From assembly GCF_037042905.1 (NCBI RefSeq), contig NC_087252.1, positions 8,248,001 to 8,312,000 of the forward strand: a DNA stretch of 64,000 nt, read 5' to 3'. Position 1 is the stretch's first letter; the number at the start of each line of letters is the position of its first letter. The notes below the pieces were generated by a model. That model made no database searches and was not told where the DNA came from. It worked only from the letters and a program-made list of their open reading frames with translations. This DNA comes from Lytechinus pictus (Eukaryota). This document shows positions 54,995-64,000 of the stretch, piece by piece. A program made the position numbers and the translations under genes.

Positions 54995-56952
54995 ATGAGT
55001 ACCACGAAGAAGATGATAGAACAGGGGTCGCAATATGACCAGATCCTGAGACATTGTAGAAGCAGCGGCACTCTGTTTGAGGACCCCTACTTTTCTGCAG
55101 TTGATGAAAGTATTTTTCTATACCCAGAAACCGCCAAGGCCATTTGTATGGAAGCGACCTAGGGACATTTGTGCGAATCCTCAGCTTTTCGTAGGTGGCA
55201 CCAGTCGATTTGACGTTGAACAGGGACAACTAGGTGACTGTTGGTTTTTGGCTGCTACAGCTGGTCTCTCTCTGGATGATTACCTACTCCAGAAGGTCAT
55301 TCCCCTTGACCAGAACTTTAACCTGGGAATCGTCAAGTTCCACTTCTGGCACTATGGCAAATGGATTACCATTGTCGTTGATGACAGGCTACCCATATAC
55401 AACGACAAACTCGTCTTTGTGCACTCCAAGGATCAAAATGAGTTCTGGAGCGCCCTCCTGGTGAAGGCTTATGCCAAGCTCCATGGCTCCTACGAATGCT
55501 TGAAGGGTGGCAACGTTATCGAGGCCATGGAAGACTTCACAGGTGGAGTCTCTGAATCCATCGAGCTGAAACAGAACCCACCTAAGAATCTCTTCCGTCT
55601 TCTGAAAATAGCGTATGACAGGGATTCGAAGTTGGGCTGCTCCATCAATGCTAGACCAGGAGAAACTGAGGCCAAGGCAGGGCTTGGACTGATTGCTGGA
55701 CATGCCTACACCATCACGGACGTTCAAAAGGCGAAATTTTCTTCAGGTAGGGAGGTGAGGTTGATCAGGATTCGCAACCCATGGGGTCAGGGCGAATGGG
55801 AGGGACCCTGGAGTGATAGATCTAATGAGTGGAGAAATATATCTCAACAGGAGCGTACTAGGCTTGGACTGGTCTTCAATGATGATGGGGAATTCTGGAT
55901 GGAATTCAGTGACTTCATGAGGTATTATGATAGGGTTGACATATGTCACCTGGGTGCAGACACCATGACTGGCAAGAAAAAGAAGAAGTAGCAAGTTACC
56001 TCACATGAGGGCAAATGGCAAAGAGGATGCACAGCTGGAGGGTGCCGCAACTTTCCCGACACATTCTGGATCAATCCCCAGATTGAACTCGTTTTGGAGG
56101 AGGAAGATGACGAGGATGATTTTCGAGAAGGAGAGGATGATCCCGGACAAAAAGGGAAAGGTTCTACCTTCCTCGTCGCCCTCATGCAGAAGAACAGACG
56201 AGAGATGCGTAAGATGGGTGTTGACAACCTCACCTGTGGTTTCGCAATTCACCAGGTTGACGGCTCCTTTATTCCTCAGTTGGACTCCCAAAGGACCACT
56301 TCCTGTACAATGCATCTACAGCTCGATCACCAACATTCACCAACACTCGTGAGGTAAGCGGAAGATTCAAACTCCCACCAGGACGCTATGTGATCCTTCC
56401 TTCGACCTTTGAACCCAACCAAGAAGGCGACTTCCTCGGGCGTATCTTTTCCATGAAGGTGGCTAAGGGAGTGACTGTTAACCAACAGTCTAGCATGGAT
56501 ATTAAACCTCAGCAGCCACTTCCAGCTCAGGATGAGGCGCAGACTGCCAAATTCCGAGAGTTCTTCAAGAAGCTCACAGGGGATGATATGGAAGTGGACG
56601 CCTGGGAACTGCAGGATATCTTAAACGCAGCCCTCAAACGAGTGTTCAATGAGCTACAGGGTGGTGGATTCAGCCTGGAATGTTGCAAGAGTATGGTTGC
56701 TCTTACCGATGATGATCAATCTGGCAAACTTGGATTTGAAGAGTTCAGGGAACTTTGGCAGAACATCAGTGCTTGGAAGGATGTTTTTAAGAAGTATGAT
56801 GCTGACAACTCTGGAACATTCAATGGATATGAAAAGAGGAGTGCACTCACATCGTTTGGATTCAAACTGAGTAACGAAACTTTCAGTGCTCTGATTTTGC
56901 GTTATGCTGATAAGTAGGGAATGATTTCATTTGACTCCTTCATCGGTGCTGC
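54995..56952 (+). pseudogene. Intronless classical calpain retrocopy (CysPc-CBSW-PEF), copy 1, truncated by an LTR
   Basis: ATG at 54995 reads [53 protein letters not shown] and EF-hand motifs, with no introns. Lesions: extra T at ~55113-55117, TAG at 55989, 1-bp deletion at ~56270, TAG at 56915. Confidence 0.93.
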
Positions 56953-57930
56953 TGTTACATATAAGAAGAATTGTAAGAGCAATTACATTCATTTATTTAG
57001 TTATTTCCTCTTTAAGGATAGCCAAGAATGATAAAGAACATTCCAGAATATGTTTGTAAAAGCTTTTGTTCTGCAGGTCTCTTGCCTATTTAAAGGCCAA
57101 GGAGTTTTATTTTTGAATAGGGAAAAGCAAACAATAGATTCCTCAGGCAGTGGAAGAGAACAATAGGATTCCAGTGGTAGTGGACATGAACAATAGAATT
57201 AGCTATGTTGTTGATTTCACTGAGGTCATTTAAGAATGTTTTAGAAATGTAGAATGTTTTGTAAAGACAATACTAGAACCTTCCATAATAGTGAATACTA
57301 TATAGAAGCCTCTAGAATAGTGAATACTAGAATAATCTAGAATAGCTGAAATGTGCATATAAAAGCTGCAGTTTCTACAAGGACTTCATCACATCACTTC
57401 ATCAGATCAGAACACATCAGATCAGAACTCAGAGTTTCACGCCAGACTTTATGTCAGAGCGGAGTTTATTTCCACCTGGAATATTTATCTTCTGTGGAAT
57501 AATTTACCCGCCATCGATGAACTGTTTGCAGTTATTTTGAGAGAGGAATTCTCAGTTCTCATCGAGATCATCAACATCATCAACCTGATTAATGAACGCT
57601 TTTCAACCCATGGATTGCTGGATTTGACTGTTAATCATCATCAACATCGTCTTCGCGGACATTTCAACTCGTCACAGTGACTCTCATTATTCATCGTGCT
57701 TCAACATCAGTTTCATCATCGCCATCATTGTGAATTTTCGCAAACCAAGTGGGATTTTATTTGGATTTACTATTATAACCCTGGATAGTACATCGGACAC
57801 TTCAAGAGATTGATGTGAGATCATTGTTTGGTTTTATTTTTTGTTTAAGTACATGATTTATTTCCTATAATAAAAAAAAAAGGAAATTCAAACAAAATTT
57901 CTGATTGTTATTTGATGCAGTATCGTAACA
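56953..57930 (+). mobile_element. Gypsy-type LTR 1 (978 bp)
   Basis: TGTTAC...GTAACA termini, TATAAAA at ~57358, AATAAA at 57869, followed by a PBS. Confidence 0.93.
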
Positions 57931-57938
57931 TATAATTT

Positions 57939-57956
57939 TGGGGGCTTGTCCGGGAA
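57939..57956 (+). promoter_or_regulatory. Primer-binding site, tRNA-Pro (also at 60828-60845 and 63690-63707)
   Basis: tgggggcttgtccgggaa matches the canonical Pro PBS TGGGGGCTCGTCCGGGAT at 16 of 18 positions. Confidence 0.9.
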
Positions 57957-58129
57957 ACGAAAACCAAATTTTTACAACAAGCCAATCTGAAACTAAAACT
58001 AGTTTTTCCAGACGAAAGTCAGTTTGAAACAAAAGTCAATTTGAATTGAAAACATTTTGGAAATTTTTGGAAAGTTCTAGAATATACTGTACTGTATTAT
58101 TACTTGGTTGTATTGCTGTATATTCCACC

Positions 58130-58879
58130 ATGGCTACAATTGATGTTGAAGAATTTCTTGCAATGACAGAATTGTCATATGATAATTTGAAGTCACTGAA
58201 GAAAGATGATTTGATAACAGTTTGTGATCATTTGGATATATCTCTAGCCACAGGTTTAAAGAAGGCAGAGATAATTGACTTGTTAGCTAGTCACATGAAG
58301 CTTACAGAGGAGCCTGAAACTTCTATCAATATGTCAGAGGATGTTCAGATCCAACTGGCAAACATTGAATTGGAAAAAGAGAGAATCAGAGAAAACATTC
58401 AATTGGAGGAAATAAAAATCAAAGAAAACCTTGAAAAGGAGGAAATGAAAATGAGAGAAAACATAGAAATGGAGAAAATGAGATTGGAATACCAGTTAGC
58501 GTATGACAGGGATTCGCAGTTGGGCTGCTCCATCAATGCTAGACCAGGAGAAACTGAGGCCAAGGCAGGGCTTGGACTGATTGCTGGACATGCCTACACC
58601 ATCACGGACGTTCAAAAGGCGAAATTTTCTTCAGGTAGGGAGGTGAGGTTGATCAGGATTCGCAACCCATGGGGTAAGGGCGAATGGGAGGGACCCTGGA
58701 GTGATAGATCTAATGAGTGGAGAAATATATCTCAACAGGAGCGTACTAGGCTTGGACTGGTCTTCAATGATGATGGGGAATTCTGGATGGAATTCAGTGA
58801 CTTCATGAGGTATTATGATAGGGTTGACATATGTCACCTGGGTGCAGACACCATGACTGGCAAGAAAAAGAAGAAGTAG
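58130..58879 (+). CDS. Chimeric ORF: Gypsy gag N-terminus (~122 aa) fused in frame to calpain PC2 subdomain
   Basis: CCACCATGG start; helical/coiled-coil gag-like head downstream of the PBS. Switches at ~58497 to sequence matching calpain 55609 onward. Expression is unknown. Confidence 0.7.
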   Translation: MATIDVEEFLAMTELSYDNLKSLKKDDLITVCDHLDISLATGLKKAEIIDLLASHMKLTEEPETSINMSEDVQIQLANIELEKERIRENIQLEEIKIKENLEKEEMKMRENIEMEKMRLEYQLAYDRDSQLGCSINARPGETEAKAGLGLIAGHAYTITDVQKAKFSSGREVRLIRIRNPWGKGEWEGPWSDRSNEWRNISQQERTRLGLVFNDDGEFWMEFSDFMRYYDRVDICHLGADTMTGKKKKK

Positions 58880-59841
58880 CAAGTTACCTCACATGAGGGC
58901 AAATGGCAAAGAGGATGCACAGCTGGAGGGTGCCGCAACTTTCCCGACACATTCTGGATCAATCCCCAGATTGAACTCGTTTTGGAGGAGGAAGATGACG
59001 AGGATGATTTTGGAGAAGGAGAGGATGATCCCGGACAAAAAGGGAAAGGTTCTACCTTCCTCGTCGCCCTCATGCAGAAGAACAGACGAGAGATGCGTAA
59101 GATGGGTGTTGACAACCTCACCTGTGGTTTCGCAATTTACCTGGTTGACGGCTCCTTTAATGCCTCAGTTGGACTCCCAAAGGACCACTTCCTGTACAAT
59201 GCATCTACAGCTCGATCACCAACATTCACCAACACTCGTGAGGTAAGCGGAAGATTCAAACTCCCACCAGGACGCTATGTGATCCTTCCTTCGACCTTTG
59301 AACCCAACCAAGAAGGCGACTTCCTCGTGCGTATCTTTTCCATGAAGGTGGCTAAGGAAGTGACTGTTAACCAACAGTCTAGCATGGATATTAAACCTCA
59401 GCAGCCACTTCCAGCTCAGGATGAGGCGCAGACTGCCAAATTCCGAGAGTTCTTCAAGAAGCTCACAGGGGATAATATGGAAGTGGACGCCTGGGAACTG
59501 CAGGAGATCTTAAACGCAGCCCTCAAACGAGTGTTCAATGAGCTACAGGATGGTGGATTCAGCCTGGAATCTTGCAAGAGTATGGTTGCTCTTACCGATG
59601 ATGATCGATCTGGCAAACTTGGATTTGAAGAGTTCAGGAAACTTTGGCAGAACATCAGTGCTTGGAAGGATGTTTTTAAGAAGTATGATGCTGACAACTC
59701 TGGAACATTCAATGGATATGAATTGAGGAGTGCACTCACATCGTTTGGATTCAAACTGAGTAACGAAACTTTCAGTGCTCTGATTTTGCGTTATGCTGAT
59801 AAGTAGGGAATGATTTCATTTGACTCCTTCATCGGTGCTGC
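58497..59841 (+). pseudogene. Calpain copy 2 (5'-truncated: PC2-CBSW-PEF)
   Basis: Near-identical to 55609-56952; TAG at 58877 and 59804; no frameshift. Confidence 0.9.
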
Positions 59842-60819
59842 TGTTACATATAAGAAGAATTGTAAGAACAATTACATTCATTTATTTAGTTATTTCCTCT
59901 TTAAGGATAGCCAAGAATGATAAAGAACATTCCAGAATATGTTTGTAAAAGCTTTTGTTCTGCAGGTCTCTTGCCTATTTAAAGGCCAAGGAGTTTTATT
60001 TTTGAATAGGGAAAAGCAAACAATAGATTCCTCAGACAGTGGAAGAGAACAATAGGATTCCAGTGGTAGTGGACATGAACAATAGAATTAGCTATGTTGT
60101 TGATTTCACTGAGGTCATTTAAGAATGTTTTAGAAATGTAGAATGTTTTGTAAAGACAATACTAGAACCTTCCATAATAGTGAATACTATATAGAAGCCT
60201 CTAGAATAGTGAATACTAGAATAATCTAGAATAGCTGAAATGTACATATAAAAGCTGCAGTTTCTACAAGGACTTCATCACATCACTTCATCAGATCAGA
60301 TCACATCAGATCAGAACTCAGAGTTTCACGCCAGACTTTATGTCAGAGCGGAGTTTATTTCCACCTGGAATATTTATCTTCTGTGGAATAATTTACCCGC
60401 CATCAATGAACTGTTTGCAGTTATTTTGAGAGAGGAATTCTCAGTTCTCATCGAGATCATCAACATCATCAACCTGATTAATGAACGCTTTTCAACCCAT
60501 GGATTGCTGGATTTGACTGTTAATCATCATCAACATCGTCTTCGCGGACATTTCAACTCGTTACAGTGACTCTCATTATTCATCGTGCTTCAACATCAGT
60601 TTCATCATCGCCATCATTGTGAATTTTCGCCAACCAAGTGAGATTTTATTTGGATTTACTATTATAACCCTGGATTGTACATCGGACACTTCAAGAGACT
60701 GATGTGAGATCATTGTTTGGTTTTATTTTTTGTTTAAGTACATGATTTATTTTCTATAATAAAAAAAAAAGGAAATTAAAACAAAATTGATGATTGTTAT
60801 TTGTTGCAGTATCGTAACA
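59842..60819 (+). mobile_element. LTR 2 (978 bp)
   Basis: Near-identical to LTR 1 at an offset of 2889 bp. Confidence 0.93.
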
Positions 60820-61018
60820 TATAATTTTGGGGGCTTGTCCGGGAAACGAAAACCAAATTTTTACAACAAGCCAATCTGAAACTAAAACTAGTTTTTCCAG
60901 ACGAAAGTCAGTTTGAAACAAAAGTCAATTTGAATTGAAAACATTTTGGAAATTTTTGGAAAGTTCTAGAATATACTGTACTGTATTATTACTTGGTTGT
61001 ATTGCTGTATATTCCACC

Positions 61019-61768
61019 ATGGCTACAATTGATGTTGAAGAATTTCTTGCAATGACAGAATTGTCATATGATCATTTGAAGTCACTGAAGAAAGATGATT
61101 TGATAACAGTTTGTGATCATTTGGGTGTATCTCTAGCCACATGTTTAAAGAAGGCAGAGATAATTGACTTGTTAGCTAGTCACATGAAGCTTACAGAGGA
61201 GCCTGAAACTTCTATCAATATGTCAGAGGATGTTCAGATCCAACTGGCAAACATTGAATTGGAAAAAGAGAGAATCAGAGAAAACATTCAATTGGAGGAA
61301 ATAAAAATCAAAGAAAACCTTGAAAAGGAGGAAATGAAAATGAGAGAAAACATAGAAATTGAGAAAATGAGATTGGAATACCAGTTAGCGTATGACAGGG
61401 ATTCGCAGTTGGGCTGCTCCATTAATGCTAGACCAGGAGAAACTGAGGCCAAGGCAGGGCTTGGACTGATTGCTGGACATGCCTACACCAACACGGACGT
61501 TCAAAAGGCGAAATTTTCTTCAGGTAGGGAGGTGAGGTTGATCAGGATTCGCAACCCATGGGGTAAGGGCGAATGGGAGGGACCCTGGAGTGATGGATCT
61601 AATGAGTGGAGAAATATATCTCAACAGGAGCGTACTAGGCTTGGACTGGTCTTCAATGATGATGGGGAATTCTGGATGGAATTCAGTGACTTCATGAGGT
61701 ATTATGATAGGGTTGACATATGTCACCTGGGTGCAGACACCATGACTGGCAAGAAAAAGAAGAAGTAG
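61019..61768 (+). CDS. Chimeric gag-calpain ORF, second copy
   Basis: Same structure and junction as 58130-58879. Confidence 0.7.
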   Translation: MATIDVEEFLAMTELSYDHLKSLKKDDLITVCDHLGVSLATCLKKAEIIDLLASHMKLTEEPETSINMSEDVQIQLANIELEKERIRENIQLEEIKIKENLEKEEMKMRENIEIEKMRLEYQLAYDRDSQLGCSINARPGETEAKAGLGLIAGHAYTNTDVQKAKFSSGREVRLIRIRNPWGKGEWEGPWSDGSNEWRNISQQERTRLGLVFNDDGEFWMEFSDFMRYYDRVDICHLGADTMTGKKKKK

Positions 61769-62730
61769 CAAGTTACCTCACATGAGGGCAAATGGCAAAA
61801 AGGATGCACAGCTGGAGGGTGCCGCAACTTTCCCGACACATTCTGGATCAATCCCCAGATTGAACTCGTTTTGGAGTCGGAAGATGACGAGGATGATTTT
61901 CGAGAAGGAGAGGATGATCCCGGACAAAAAGGGAAATGTTCTACCTTCCTCGTCGCCCTCATACAGAAGAACAGACGAGAGATGCGTAAGATGGGTGTTG
62001 ACAACCTCACCTGTGGTTTCGCAATTTACCAGGTTGACGGCTCCTTTAATGCCTCAGTTGGACTCCCAAAGGACCACTTCCTTTACAATGCATCTACAGC
62101 TCGATCACCAACATTCACCAACACTCGTGAGGTAAGCGGAAGATTCAAACTCCCACCAGGACGCTATGTGATCCTTCCTTCGACCTTTGAACCCAACCAA
62201 GAAGGCGACTTCCTCGTGCGTATCTTTTCCATAAAGGTGGCTAAGGGAGTGACTGTTAACCAACAGTCTAGCATGGATATTAAACCTCAGCAGCCACTTC
62301 CAGCTCAGGATGAGGCGCAGACTGCCAAATTCCGAGAGTTCTTCAAGAAGCTCACAGGGGATGATATGAAAGTGGACGCCTGGGAACTGCAGGAGATCTT
62401 AAACGCAGCCCTCAAACGAGTGTTCAATGAGCTACAGGGTGGTGGATTCAGCCTGGAATCTTGCAAGAGTATGGTTGCTCTTACCGATGATGATCGATCT
62501 GGCAAACTTGGATTTGAAGAGTTCAGGGAACTTTGGCAGAACATCAGTGCTTGGAAGGATGTTTTTAAGAAGTATGATGCTGACAACTCTGGAACATTCA
62601 ATGGATATGAATTGAGGAGTGCACTCACATCGCTTGGATTCAAACTGAGTAACGAAACTTTCAGTGCTCTGATTTTGCGTTATGCTGATAAGAAGGGAAT
62701 GATTTCATTTGACTCCTTCATCGGTGCTGC
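61386..62730 (+). pseudogene. Calpain copy 3 (5'-truncated), with only one in-frame stop
   Basis: TAG at 61766 only. AAG is retained at 62693, so the frame runs into LTR 3 and ends at 62809. Confidence 0.9.
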
Positions 62731-63681
62731 TGTTACATATAAGAAGAATTGTAAGAGCAATTACATTCATTTATTTAGTTATTTCCTCTTTAAGGATAGC
62801 CAAGAATGATAAAGAACATTCCAGAATATGTTTGTAAAAGCTTTTGTTCTGCAGGTCTCTTGCCTATTTAAAGGCCAAGGAGTTTTATTTTTGAATAGGG
62901 AAAAGCAAACAATAGATTCCTCAGGCAGTGGAAGAGAACAATAGGATTCCAGTGGTAGTGGACATGAACAATAGAATTAGCTATGTTGTTGATTTCACTG
63001 AGGTCATTTAAGAATGTTTTAGAAATGTAGAATGTTTTGTAAAGACAATACTAGAACCTTCCATAATAGTGAATACTATATAGAAGCCTCTAGAATAGTG
63101 AATACTAGAATAATCTAGACTAGCTGAAATGTGCATATAAAAGCTGCAGTTTCTACAAGGACTTCATCACATCATATCAGATCACTTCATCAGATCAGAT
63201 CACATCAGATCAGAACTCGAGTTTCACGCCAGACTTTATGTCAGAGCGGAGTTTATTTCCACCTGGAATAGAACTGTTTGCAGTTATTTTGAGAGAGGAA
63301 TTCTCAGTTCTCATCGAGATCATCAACACCATCAACCTGATTAATGAACGCTTTTCAACCCATGGATTGCTGGATTTGACTGTTAATCATCATCAACATC
63401 GTCTTCGCGGACATTTCAACTCGTTACAGTGACTCTCATTATTCATCGTGCTTCAACATCAGTTTCATCATCGCCATCATTGTGAATTTTCGCAAACCAA
63501 GTGGGATTTTATTTGGATTTACTATTATAACCCTGGATTGTACATCGGACACTTTAAGAGACTGATGTGAGATAATTGTTTGGTTTTATTTTTTGTTTAA
63601 GTACATGATTTATTTCCTATAATAAAAAAAAAGGAAATTCAAACAAAATTTCTGATTGTTATTTGTTGCAGTATCGTAACA
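62731..63681 (+). mobile_element. LTR 3 (951 bp; internal deletion near 63270)
   Basis: Same termini as LTR 1 and 2; lacks the tttatcttctgtggaataatttacccgccatc segment. Confidence 0.93.
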
Positions 63682-63880
63682 AATAATTTTGGGGGCTTGT
63701 CCGGGAAACGAAAACCAAATTTTTACAACAAGCCAATCTGAAACTAAAACTAGTTTTCCCAGACGAAAGTCAGTTTGAAACAAAAGTCAATTTGAATTGA
63801 AAACATTTTGGAAATTTTTGGAAAGTTCTAGAATATACTGTACTGTATTATTACTTGGTTGTATTGCTGTATATTCCACC

Positions 63881-64000
63881 ATGGCTACAATTGATGTTGA
63901 AGAATTTCTTGCAATGACAGAATTGTCATATGATCATTTGAAGTCACTGAAGAAAGATGATTTGATAACAGTTTGTGATCATTTGGGTGTATCTCTAGCC
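63881..64000 (+). CDS. Third gag start, running off the window
   Basis: CCACCATGGCTACAATTGAT..., open to the window end. Confidence 0.75.
   Translation, partial: MATIDVEEFLAMTELSYDHLKSLKKDDLITVCDHLGVSLA

Noticed and set aside
55077..55991. Intact functional calpain core gene
   Set aside because: The ORF start is a non-ATG artefact; the true ATG frame (54995) is frameshifted at ~55115. That is a homopolymer site and should be verified in reads.
58046..58129. Hydrophobic signal-like N-terminal extension of the fusion ORF
   Set aside because: It depends on a TTG start. The ATG at 58130 has a perfect Kozak context and is the likely gag start.
55389..62643. Antisense and alternative-frame ORFs over calpain
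   Set aside because: These are shadow ORFs, repeated only because the DNA is duplicated.

Overview
AT-rich, repeat-dense animal genomic DNA. The repeat families resemble those of an echinoderm such as a sea urchin (inference only). Three parts stand out. (1) A spliced minus-strand gene at about 11.5-31.5 kb encodes signal peptide - Ig V-set - second Ig (apparently broken) - transmembrane - cytoplasmic coiled-coil exons, with phase-1 junctions; its first intron holds a 53-bp hairpin satellite. (2) Many nested TEs: Tx1/L1 and L2/CR1 LINE relics, hAT-, Mutator- and Tc1-like MITEs with TSDs, an Academ-like fold-back element and a solo LTR. (3) From 54.9 kb to the window end lies an intronless classical calpain retrocopy cut by a Gypsy-type LTR, followed by a ~2.89-kb tandem array of [LTR - tRNA-Pro PBS - gag 5' end fused in frame to calpain]. 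This puts chimeric Gag-calpain ORFs behind LTR promoters and is the most unusual structure in the window.
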